Positions 6,947 through 15,321 of a DNA stretch of 64,000 nt are shown piece by piece (positions within the stretch are counted from its first letter, which is position 1; the number at the start of each line of letters is the position of its first letter). Under the pieces are notes generated by a model that saw only the letters and a list, made by a program, of their open reading frames with translations, made no database searches and was not told the DNA's origin. Source of the DNA: a virus (lineage: Duplodnaviria; Caudoviricetes); the IMG/VR virus record IMGVR_UViG_3300020577_002429, positions 1-64,000 of that record; one strand, written 5' to 3'. The translations under genes and the position numbers were made by a program.

Positions 6947-7291
6947 ATGAAACAATTTATCATCATCAGTTTAGACAGACCTAAAAATCCAGCAAGTGAC
7001 CTAGACAAGCAAGCATTAATACAATTGTTTGATGCTAAGCCTGTACTTGGATCTTATAAAGGCCAGACAGAGACATCTTTCTTAGTTGACTACAGTTATT
7101 TTGATAGTATGATTCAAATAGCTATGAAATACGGACAAGAGTCTATTCTAGTCAAGGATAGTACCGCTATCTATCTTGTCTATCCTGAAACACTAGCTTA
7201 TAGCAAGTTAGGCAATGAGTTCAGAATGTCTAATGTTATGCCAGACAGTGACGCTTGGACCTTAATTGATGAGACGTATTTTTATTTATAG
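6947..7291 (+). CDS. probable S-adenosylmethionine lyase (T3 SAMase-like)
   Basis: G-S-Y-K-G-x-x-E-x-S and A-x-x-Y-G-Q-E-S-I-L motifs, size 114 aa, position at the start of the early region. Confidence 0.55.
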   Translation: MKQFIIISLDRPKNPASDLDKQALIQLFDAKPVLGSYKGQTETSFLVDYSYFDSMIQIAMKYGQESILVKDSTAIYLVYPETLAYSKLGNEFRMSNVMPDSDAWTLIDETYFYL

Positions 7292-7317
7292 AACATTTTT
7301 ATTTATAAGGTGGTATC

Positions 7318-7596
7318 ATGAAATCAAAAAAAGCATCTTATCAGTCTTTACTTAATAGAGTATCAATTTTAGAGGCGTCAACACTTATTAATTTTGTTCA
7401 ATCTAAGTCAAACTTAAATAAATTAAGTGAGTCCAGTTTTATGGCATCAGGACTAGTTGTTGAAATTAAAGACCTGTCAGGCAACATCAAGGCTAAGTTT
7501 ATGGTTCCTGATGGTTTCAATCCTGAAACTATTGTGGCTTTGCAGCTCGAACTAGATAAAGCTATTTCTTTACAAGCGGCTCATATTAAGAAGTGA
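7318..7596 (+). CDS. hypothetical early protein
   Basis: 92 aa ORF with RBS. Confidence 0.7.
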   Translation: MKSKKASYQSLLNRVSILEASTLINFVQSKSNLNKLSESSFMASGLVVEIKDLSGNIKAKFMVPDGFNPETIVALQLELDKAISLQAAHIKK

Positions 7597-7718
7597 CATT
7601 TTTTGTTATACACTGTAAAAAGCTTAGACAATAATTAAGCTTTAAAATGAATGTAATAGTATTAAATTGGCCCCGATACTGCATTAAAGAACATCAACAA
7701 CTAACGAAAGGCAAAAAA

Positions 7719-8030
7719 ATGAAACTAACATACAGCATCTGTCAAGACTTAATTAAGAAAGGTAGAGGCAAAACTAAGAAACTGGACAATAATACTTATT
7801 TGATGCAAGATGATAGTGAAACACCTAGATTCTTTGTTCAATTGCATGGCAACACAATTTTAGTCATTTATCCGGATAAAGTACAACATTTTGATGCTGG
7901 TTGGCAGACAGTGACAACTAAGGACCGGCTTAATAAGTTTGGTCACTTAAGAATTTTTCAAAAGAAAGGCATCTGGTATACGACAGACAAAGTTGAGTTT
8001 ACTAGTGGTGTATCGGTGTACTATGCTTAA
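7719..8030 (+). CDS. conserved-type phage hypothetical protein (LHGN...GWQTVTTKDRLN)
   Basis: Start reassigned to ATG 7719 after AAAGG; motif is typical of a widespread early phage family of unknown function. Confidence 0.7.
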   Translation: MKLTYSICQDLIKKGRGKTKKLDNNTYLMQDDSETPRFFVQLHGNTILVIYPDKVQHFDAGWQTVTTKDRLNKFGHLRIFQKKGIWYTTDKVEFTSGVSVYYA

Positions 8031-8190
8031 GCGTCAAATTGATTTATATGAGTCTATTAAGGCTGCTATTGAATTAAAATTGCAGCAAGGTGACTTTGTG
8101 AGCCTTGGTGATATTGCAGCTCTAAACAGCGTTAACAGCGCGTTAGCAGATCTTTACAAACAATTATTTGATGAAATGAAAGCGGGTTAG
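8023..8190 (+). CDS. hypothetical protein
   Basis: Start reassigned to ATG 8023. Confidence 0.6.
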   Translation: MLKRQIDLYESIKAAIELKLQQGDFVSLGDIAALNSVNSALADLYKQLFDEMKAG

Positions 8191-8191
8191 T

Positions 8192-8377
8192 ATGTACAAA
8201 AGAAAAACACAAGACGAGTATCAAATTATTACAGACTACGGTTATGGTCCTGAAGTCGAGTTAGTAGAGTATAGCTTTAAAGATGCTAAAATTAGAGTCA
8301 AGGAATATGAGCGAAATGCACAAGGGCTTAGAAGCATTAAGATAGTAAAAAAACAAGTAAAACTTGAGGCGGTATAA
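8192..8377 (+). CDS. hypothetical protein
   Basis: 61 aa ORF. Confidence 0.7.
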   Translation: MYKRKTQDEYQIITDYGYGPEVELVEYSFKDAKIRVKEYERNAQGLRSIKIVKKQVKLEAV

Positions 8378-8598
8378 AATGAAATATTATTACGATCAAT
8401 TAAACAAAAAAGCACAATTGAGAGCACGTCTTGACTATTTTGATAAGTATAAAGAGACCGAGCATATGTCCGAATATTTATTTAGATCAATGTTTATGGC
8501 AGATGGTGAAGTATATGAATAACATCACATTTTGCTTAGCTGTATTTGTTACACTGTTTTTGATGCTTGGAACAATTGTAATTCTAGGAGGATATTAA

Positions 8599-8826
8599 AT
8601 GAAACTACCGAAGACTATTAAAACAGAGCTTGCTTGGTTGTATAACAATCATCTAGATTCATGCTTGATGAAAAAATCACGTCTCATCGATCAAGCCTTA
8701 AGGTTATCAGAGGATTACCCTAACGAGTTCTCCATGACAAGATTTAGTCATTCAAGTTATCAATTTACAATCAAACGTCTCGGATATCTACCGGATTTTA
8801 TAAAGTCTATAAACGAGTCGTTCTGA
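8599..8826 (+). CDS. hypothetical protein
   Basis: 75 aa ORF with GGAGG RBS. Confidence 0.7.
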   Translation: MKLPKTIKTELAWLYNNHLDSCLMKKSRLIDQALRLSEDYPNEFSMTRFSHSSYQFTIKRLGYLPDFIKSINESF

Positions 8827-8880
8827 TTTGAGATGTCTCAAGCTGAGATAAATATTTAATTTTAAAAATATTACTTGCAT

Positions 8881-8927
8881 TAGTCTTAAGGCAAGTTTAC
8901 AATTTAGAGTAAGAAAATAAAGCCAGA
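8881..8927 (+). repeat. bipartite intergenic repeat copy 1 (GTCTTAAGG-N29-AGCCAGA)
   Basis: Four copies with identical spacing; this copy is also TTGCAT-17-TACAAT. Confidence 0.8.
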
Positions 8928-8957
8928 ATTTAACAATTTAACGAACGGGCGTCATGA

Positions 8958-9143
8958 ATGTATAGCACTTATTCAAATAGCTTGACTCAAAAATATAGAT
9001 CAGGATATATTTACAGCGCAACAATTGACGGTCACGACATTGTAAAATTTCAGGTTGACTCATATGCTTATATAATTTATTGTAAATCAATCCGAGCCGC
9101 TAAAATTGCCATAACTAAACACGCTAACAAAATAAGAGGATAA
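8958..9143 (+). CDS. hypothetical protein
   Basis: 61 aa ORF. Confidence 0.6.
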   Translation: MYSTYSNSLTQKYRSGYIYSATIDGHDIVKFQVDSYAYIIYCKSIRAAKIAITKHANKIRG

Positions 9144-9295
9144 TAAAATGAAATATAAAATTTATAAATTAAAACCTTACGGTAGATATTCTGCACAAGA
9201 CTGGCGCAACTTATCACTAGACGCTGCTGTCACTCTTAAATTAGAACTAGAAAACTTAAATCCTGATGATATCTATGAGATAGAGGAGCAATAAT

Positions 9296-9751
9296 ATGAG
9301 ACAAACTTTATTAAATAGCATTAATGAAAAAATAGAGCAACAAAAAATTCTAAAGATCATGGCGACAGAGCTTCCTAAGCATGACGGTAAAAAGATCACT
9401 AAACGACTAACTAACGCAATGGGCGAACATTTTAGATTAAGACATATTGCTGGTATGACATATCTAGACTATAAGAACTATACAACTAAGATTGAAGTAT
9501 CTGTATTACTGTCGTATGACTCTATGCTTGATTATAATAAGACAGCTAAGCATCAGATTCAAAACTATTACAAGTCTCTGTCTGAAGGCATTTCAGAGCT
9601 TGAAAAGTCTGTCTTGTCACTAGATCAAATTGATGGTCAATTTTACATATTAAAACAGCTTATAGAAGGCTTAGACGAGCTACCGTATCAAGTTAAGACA
9701 TTAATGCAAGAAAAACATAACCTTACTTTTAAGACTTATTATAGGTCTTAA
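9296..9751 (+). CDS. hypothetical protein
   Basis: 151 aa ORF with GAGGAG RBS. Confidence 0.75.
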   Translation: MRQTLLNSINEKIEQQKILKIMATELPKHDGKKITKRLTNAMGEHFRLRHIAGMTYLDYKNYTTKIEVSVLLSYDSMLDYNKTAKHQIQNYYKSLSEGISELEKSVLSLDQIDGQFYILKQLIEGLDELPYQVKTLMQEKHNLTFKTYYRS

Positions 9752-9789
9752 GGAAATATTAGAAATTGAATTACAAAAAACAAGCCAGA
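9745..9789 (+). repeat. bipartite intergenic repeat copy 2
   Basis: GTCTTAAGG 9745-9753, AGCCAGA 9783-9789. Confidence 0.8.
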
Positions 9790-10123
9790 AATGAGGAAAT
9801 ATGAAAAAAGCTTTAGTGTTATCAAGAAATGATGCAAGATTATTGTCTGATATATTAGATTATTTCATGCGCATTGATGATCGTGAAAAAGATGATTTTA
9901 TTTGTTGACTTAAAAGAAATGCCATATAAAATTGAAAGGTTGTCACTATGATTAAATCAAAAGACGTTGTAAGAATTAAAACAAAAAAAGGCTATCAAGC
10001 TACTGGTGTTGTGAACAGAGTCGATGGAGACAATATTAATGTGTTTGTTACTCAAAATAATCCCTATGGTCTCGGTGTTTGGTTTCAGTTAACTGAAGTT
10101 AAAAGAATAGGAAAGGTTAAATA

Positions 10124-10336
10124 ATGAAAACATACACTATTGAACAAGTCTATTATAGATATAACAATCTGCTAACAAAGGCTAAGCTTAAGAAGTCTTG
10201 GAACAAAGAGGCCAAGAGTTACGAGATTAACATTGACAGGATTAAAGATGCTTGTCATTTAAAACTCATTAGCGGCTCACCATTGAACGATAATGAAAAA
10301 TACATGTTGACAGTCATAACACAAGGAAAGTCTTAA
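10124..10336 (+). CDS. hypothetical protein
   Basis: 70 aa ORF with RBS. Confidence 0.65.
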   Translation: MKTYTIEQVYYRYNNLLTKAKLKKSWNKEAKSYEINIDRIKDACHLKLISGSPLNDNEKYMLTVITQGKS

Positions 10337-10405
10337 CATGAACGATATTACAGCGTATTATCAAAATGATACGCGATATTACCTTGAAAAAATTAGTTCA
10401 TTTTA

Positions 10406-10450
10406 GTCTTAAGGTGAATTTAGAATTTGAAATAGTAAAATAAAGCCAGA
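10406..10450 (+). repeat. bipartite intergenic repeat copy 3
   Basis: GTCTTAAGG 10406-10414, TAGAAT 10421-10426, AGCCAGA 10444-10450. Confidence 0.8.
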
Positions 10451-10470
10451 AATGGCAGAATAGGTAAAAT

Positions 10471-10704
10471 ATGAAAATCGTAGAAATTATTGAATCAAAA
10501 CATTGGGTAAATGTTAAAACAAACAATACAGCTTCGATTTATGGCTCAGTTCCCTACAATGATAGCAATAAACAAGACTGGACTATTGTGTCGAGAGGCT
10601 TTACTGTACTATTGGACAATGGCACTATCGGAGTCGGTCGTCAACCATTCAAGACGTTAGCAGAGGCAGAACAATTCAAACAACAATTTAATAGTAGGTA
10701 CTAA
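10471..10704 (+). CDS. hypothetical protein
   Basis: 77 aa ORF with RBS. Confidence 0.7.
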   Translation: MKIVEIIESKHWVNVKTNNTASIYGSVPYNDSNKQDWTIVSRGFTVLLDNGTIGVGRQPFKTLAEAEQFKQQFNSRY

Positions 10705-10921
10705 ATGAAGGATTTAATTCATTGGATAGCGATATTAGTTATATTTGCGTGGATTATAGCCGGTTTAAGTATAATGCTTTATGTAATATTTAACCATCCA
10801 ATTCTATCTTTGTTTCTATTTATTTTATTTAACTAGGAGGTTCTATGTCTGAATATTTTCTAATCTCGTTGATTTACATAGTTTTAGGAATTATCATTTA
10901 CGAAATATCTAAGAGGACAAC

Positions 10922-11137
10922 ATGAAAAGAAGTAAATACATTATTGTAGGATTCTGTGACAGCCCTAGTTGTTCACCTACAGGACGATATGTACTCAAGA
11001 CTAGGTTAGGTGGTACAACATGTCCATCATGCGGCTATAGCCTTTATATGCAACGACAATTAAGAACAACCGATAACCATTACGAGGTGCAAATTGAAAA
11101 AAGATCAGACAGCAAACCCAATAGTTACGCTATATGA
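10922..11137 (+). CDS. small zinc-ribbon-like protein
   Basis: CxxxxC and CPSC pairs. Confidence 0.6.
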   Translation: MKRSKYIIVGFCDSPSCSPTGRYVLKTRLGGTTCPSCGYSLYMQRQLRTTDNHYEVQIEKRSDSKPNSYAI

Positions 11138-11315
11138 CATTATCACTAGAGATGGTTATATCAGTCAATCCCAATACTTAGCTCTATGGCCTGAGAGTTC
11201 TAACAGAGAAGACGCATTACTTGAATTGTATAAAATGGAACAAGAAGGACTTATCTATGGCAATTATGGTGCCAAAGATATTACTTTCTATTTAGCTGAA
11301 ATTGTAAGACATTAG
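11094..11315 (+). CDS. hypothetical protein
   Basis: 73 aa ORF, TTG start. Confidence 0.55.
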   Translation: MKKDQTANPIVTLYDIITRDGYISQSQYLALWPESSNREDALLELYKMEQEGLIYGNYGAKDITFYLAEIVRH

Positions 11316-11359
11316 TCTTAAGGTTCTTTCAGGATTTCAATTAGTAAAACAAAGCCAGA
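11315..11359 (+). repeat. bipartite intergenic repeat copy 4
   Basis: GTCTTAAGG 11315-11323, AGCCAGA 11353-11359. Confidence 0.8.
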
Positions 11360-11587
11360 TTTTATGAATTACATGAGGAGTGCATATGAAAGAGATACTA
11401 CATATCGTCAACTAACTAACATATTAAAACAAACTATAATATCCTGTATTATTGTAAAAAGGCACACCTACGGCTATAGCTATTGTATAGTAGAAGCTTT
11501 CAGTTTCTCAGTTACTTCGCTGGTATTTAGATTTCCAGCATTTCATTGAGAACCTATAGTCTCGATTAGCAAAAAAAAGGAAAGGTA

Positions 11588-12288
11588 ATGAACTACCTAT
11601 ATTCAGAGCATCCAAATAGTAAGATAGACTACGAAATGGCTAAATTCATATGCGAGAACTATGGAAAAATGAGTTCAGGAGAACTTTCGAAAAAACTAGG
11701 TGTAACCAGTACTACAATACTTAATTGTTTAAAACTTAATAAAATACCGGTAGTAAAAGCTGGTCATTTTCTATTAATAATACTTACTCACCAAGAAAAC
11801 TTCCGGATATAGACATACTAGTTAAGTTGTATTTTGAAGATAAGTTGAGTCTGCGACAGATAGCTCAAAGATACAAAGTGGACCAGGTATCAGTAGGTGA
11901 TACTTTTAGAAAGCACAAAATAAAACTTAGATCACTTTCATTGGCTAGCTTCAGAGGAAAGAGAAACGGTAATAGGTATAAGAATAGAGATGGGTATATC
12001 ATGGTACACATAAACAAGTCAAGTCCAGATAACAAGTTTGTAACAAACGGAAGACACAATTCTATATCGGAGCATAGGTTGGTTATGTCTAGGTATCTCA
12101 ATCGTAAATTAGAAAAACATGAAAATGTTCATCATGTTAATGGTGTAAGGGATGATAATAGAATCGAAAATCTAGAGCTATGGTCAACCTTTCAACCTAA
12201 AGGACAACGAGTTCGTGATAAAGTCAGGTGGGCGGAGATGATATTAAGTAAGTATAAGAAAGATATAAAATCCGGAAAGATCAAATAA
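11588..12288 (+). pseudogene. HNH homing endonuclease with N-terminal HTH repeats, split by a frameshift
   Basis: C-terminal EHRLVM...EHENVHHVNGVRDDNRIENLELW. The N-terminal ORF (11588-11812) and C-terminal frame overlap over 11743-11812; one extra T at 11767-11770 fuses them. Confidence 0.75.
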
Positions 12289-12299
12289 AAAACATAGTG

Positions 12300-12618
12300 A
12301 TCCTTATATATCCCATCTATCTGATGAGCTATAAAGATAACCTTGACTTCATTGGTTAACTTAACAAAGGCATCTAGTCCGTGATACCTTGTAACTTATG
12401 CTTTACTCCAGAGGCTCCCTTTCTACGCTATAAAGCGGATACAGAAGTGTGTTCCAAGCTAGGATGTTACACCACGATTAGCCATTTCTTAGAAGTCTTT
12501 GGATTGTGCAGAATTTCAAATATCCCAACTGCATCAAGACTAATATTGCCTCTAATCGTATCCCCCAAGTTCAGCCAGTGTTTAGCGACCGGTACGCATT
12601 ACATCTTGGGATTTAGAA
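12300..12618 (-). ncRNA. candidate structured ncRNA (~320 nt), unclassified
   Basis: Leftward promoter at 12625-12653; multiple long stems whose G-U pairs favour the - strand. Confidence 0.55.
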
Positions 12619-12624
12619 TGACTC

Positions 12625-12690
12625 AATATGACACATAATAACTAATTTGTCAAGATAATTATTGACAATGGTAAAATAAGGTAGTAGAAT
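12625..12690. promoter_or_regulatory. divergent sigma70-type promoter pair
   Basis: - strand TTGACA (12653-12648)-17-CATATT with TG extension; + strand TTGACA (12662)-17-TAGAAT. Confidence 0.65.
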
Positions 12691-12706
12691 AAGATTAGGA
12701 GATATT

Positions 12707-13006
12707 ATGAAGTTTAAAAAGGGTGATTTTATCGTAAATAAGAGATTTCCATTTAAATTCTATCAATTTATTTGTAGCGGAGTAAAGCATGCACCGACCA
12801 CATATCATGTTTATCCTGAGTACGCAGTAACGGTAATAAGAGATGATTTTAAGTTTGATTTATATTTCACCCATAAAAAGGACTTTACTGATATGTTTAA
12901 AAGAGCAAAAGATGATGATATTATTGAATATCTAAGCTTTCATGTAAGAAGTCATATAGTAAATAGCTTGACGGATAAATTTAAAGCTAGTATAAAGGAT
13001 ATATGA
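12707..13006 (+). CDS. hypothetical protein
   Basis: 99 aa ORF with AGGAG RBS. Confidence 0.7.
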   Translation: MKFKKGDFIVNKRFPFKFYQFICSGVKHAPTTYHVYPEYAVTVIRDDFKFDLYFTHKKDFTDMFKRAKDDDIIEYLSFHVRSHIVNSLTDKFKASIKDI

Positions 13007-13221
13007 ATATAAATGACATAACATCACAACCCACAACATTTACCTCAGCATCGCTACAATATGCTCAGGTTGACAGTAATGATAACATAGTGCATATTTA
13101 TACTACTAGACAATCTGCTAGCTATATGGTATCATTGTCTGGTGGGTATGTTTTAGAAGTGTTTACAATAAAGAATAAGATACTAGCAATAGGAGATGTA
13201 CATGAAAACCGACTATGGTGA
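13003..13221 (+). CDS. hypothetical protein
   Basis: 72 aa, ATGA overlap. Confidence 0.65.
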   Translation: MNINDITSQPTTFTSASLQYAQVDSNDNIVHIYTTRQSASYMVSLSGGYVLEVFTIKNKILAIGDVHENRLW

Positions 13222-13378
13222 CTTATTTAAAATAGCGGACAGTGATGTGTTCATCTGTGATAGACCATTAGAAGGTGAAGGTAGGTGGATTCACTATTAT
13301 CACTATATGGATAAAGATGGCAATGAATATCAAATATGGTGTGATCAGGATGGTGACGAGAAGGTGGTGGAGTTATGA
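13196..13378 (+). CDS. hypothetical protein
   Basis: 60 aa acidic ORF with AGGAG RBS. Confidence 0.65.
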   Translation: MYMKTDYGDLFKIADSDVFICDRPLEGEGRWIHYYHYMDKDGNEYQIWCDQDGDEKVVEL

Positions 13379-13508
13379 TAACAACTTCAGACCTGGTAAT
13401 TAAAGGTGTCGTACTGGCTTCAGAACAGGTGGAGATAATAGACCAATACTTTCTACTGGGTAAATATATCGTTGAATATAGAGTCAATGAAAAGCTTCAG
13501 AGGGTGGA

Positions 13509-13736
13509 ATGGTACGTCTAGTAAAACATGGACGATTTGTTAATATAATATCCATAGAGCTAGCTACAAGCGATGACGATATTGTTATACATGATAAAGT
13601 AAAATACTATGTAATAGGCGACTCTCAAATATTTAAAGAACAACATGAACGAGGATTAATTATGGACGTATTGATAGTAGTTAAATGTTCTCTTAGAGGA
13701 GCTTTGAAATTTAATAAATTAAAAGGTTATCTATGA
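13509..13736 (+). CDS. dispersed KLxKL-motif micro-protein
   Basis: Ends SLRGALKFNKLKGYL. Confidence 0.65.
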   Translation: MVRLVKHGRFVNIISIELATSDDDIVIHDKVKYYVIGDSQIFKEQHERGLIMDVLIVVKCSLRGALKFNKLKGYL

Positions 13737-13834
13737 CTTGGTATCAAATCTGGTTATATTACTACAGCATGCACAGCGTAATGATTGGTATTTTAGTCTT
13801 TGTGTATCATATTGATAAAGAATATAAAAAGCCC

Positions 13835-13863
13835 TTGACAAATCAAGGCAAAGGGTATAGTCT
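13835..13863 (+). promoter_or_regulatory. sigma70-type promoter
   Basis: TTGACA-17-TAGTCT, upstream of the lipoprotein gene. Confidence 0.5.
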
Positions 13864-13905
13864 AATAAAAGGTGGAGTTTACAATAAAACAAAAGGGAGA
13901 AATTA

Positions 13906-14565
13906 ATGAAACAAATACTTTTAGGATTAATGTTGTTAATGATTGGTTGTTCGGAGCGAGCAACAGAAGCAGTAGTAACTGCTAACAATGGTACAAATGG
14001 AACTTCGTGTTCTGTATATCAAATGGAGAATGGTGCGCGTATTACTTGTGGAAACACTGTAGCATTTATTTATAACGGAATGACAGGAGCCACTGGTGAA
14101 AAGGGTGACACAGGTTTAGCTGGGCAAAACGGAGCATCATGTTCTATGTCGCGAATTGAAAATGGTGCGCGTATTACTTGCGGAGAAGACTCTCAGGATT
14201 TGTTTAATGGTTTAAATGGGACAAACGGTCAGCCTGGTGCAGTAGGACCTACCGGCGCTGTTGGTCCAGTAGGTCCTCAAGGTCCACAAGGCCAAGCAGG
14301 AACAAATGCATTAGCCAATGCTATTGGTATTGCCGGATATATCTATCCATGCGGTACAGAGTTTGATAATGATGAGATCTTTCTACGCTTAACAGATGGT
14401 AAGATTTTAGCCTTGTATGATGGTGGACCAAACGAAGATCGACTAGCTTTATTAGCTCCTGGTAATTATAGAACTACTGATCGAAATGGTAATCAAGTAT
14501 GTAATGTAAATGTGTCTAGTACTTTAGTTGTAACATCATCTTTAGGACATCAGGGGAATCACTAG
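13906..14565 (+). CDS. collagen-like lipoprotein
   Basis: Lipobox LMIG-C15; Gly-X-Y tracts; two SCS...ENGARITCG repeats (20-nt DNA repeat at 14029-14048 and 14161-14180). Confidence 0.8.
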   Translation: MKQILLGLMLLMIGCSERATEAVVTANNGTNGTSCSVYQMENGARITCGNTVAFIYNGMTGATGEKGDTGLAGQNGASCSMSRIENGARITCGEDSQDLFNGLNGTNGQPGAVGPTGAVGPVGPQGPQGQAGTNALANAIGIAGYIYPCGTEFDNDEIFLRLTDGKILALYDGGPNEDRLALLAPGNYRTTDRNGNQVCNVNVSSTLVVTSSLGHQGNH

Positions 14566-14566
14566 T

Positions 14567-15046
14567 ATGAAATATTTATTAATCTTATTATTATCTACAT
14601 CAACATTAGCTAACGATTGTAGTGAGTCAGTAGAGAAACAGTCAAACGAAGTGACTTATGCTGTAAATAAAGATATGCCTAAACATCTAAAAGGTGCTAC
14701 TATTACAATCACACTATCTGATGGTAGTACATCTACAGTATCCGCAGATAAGTTCATGGTCGTACCGAGAAAGCAGTATACAGTTGTCGGAGAGTCTACT
14801 AGCACAATTAAGACAATGACTTGTAAAGCAAAGACTAAAAAGAATAATCTGATGGTAGATGCTAGAAAAGACATCACAGGACTTGATACTGAGACAAACG
14901 GATCTCAAGCTAAAGTCATTGCTAAAAAAGCTTTAGTACCAGGAATTAATTACTACCGACGTGAAGTACTGGATAGCAATATTGGATTAGGTGCTGGAAT
15001 TGACGCTAATACCACATTCAAGGTTTTAGTGGGTTTTGATTTTTAA
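14567..15046 (+). CDS. exported protein, possible outer-membrane beta protein
   Basis: N-terminal signal peptide MKYLLILLLSTSTLA; alternating C-terminal strand ending ...VLVGFDF. Confidence 0.65.
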   Translation: MKYLLILLLSTSTLANDCSESVEKQSNEVTYAVNKDMPKHLKGATITITLSDGSTSTVSADKFMVVPRKQYTVVGESTSTIKTMTCKAKTKKNNLMVDARKDITGLDTETNGSQAKVIAKKALVPGINYYRREVLDSNIGLGAGIDANTTFKVLVGFDF

Positions 15047-15053
15047 TTGTTTT

Positions 15054-15321
15054 GAGATAGCGATGTTGAAAGCTGTGGCGACTAAATCCTTGAAATAAAG
15101 GGCAATTCGCAAGAGCCACTGGAGAAACATAACTAGGATGCAGTTTGTCGAAAATTAACGGAAGGGGCTTGAAGTAATTCAAGAATACGTGAGCCTTCTG
15201 GGAGCCAGTTAGTTGGTAGTACTTTAGTGTACAACCCTATGCGAATTTGAAATCCACCTAAGGGGACTAAATGCTACCTTGGGGATACAGACAATAGCTA
15301 GAGTAGCGTCTAGCCTATCTC
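15054..15321 (+). ncRNA. candidate structured ncRNA (~268 nt), unclassified
   Basis: Closing helix GAGATAG/CTATCTC followed by T7; internal stems capped by GCAA and GTAA (GNRA) loops. Confidence 0.6.

Noticed and set aside
8881-11359. CRISPR array interpretation of the repeated element
   Set aside because: The copies are 660-910 bp apart with genes in between and have degenerate middles; no cas genes are present. The PD-(D/E)XK nuclease is an ordinary phage exonuclease next to ERF.
12321-12345. CTGATGAG resembling a hammerhead ribozyme core
   Set aside because: No correctly placed GAAA or stem II follows, and the structured RNA here appears to be on the opposite strand.
11588-12618. OMEGA/HEARO-like (IscB plus omegaRNA) system
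   Set aside because: The HNH lacks RuvC and PLMP features, and the RNA is convergent rather than co-oriented upstream.
12381-12638. 85 aa GTG-start ORF
   Set aside because: No RBS, atypical composition, and antisense to a promoter-driven structured element.
15054-15321. Retron msr-msd, tmRNA or group I intron
   Set aside because: No reverse transcriptase in the window, no tRNA-like acceptor or T-arm ends, no P7 GACUA/UAGUC pairing, and no interrupted gene.
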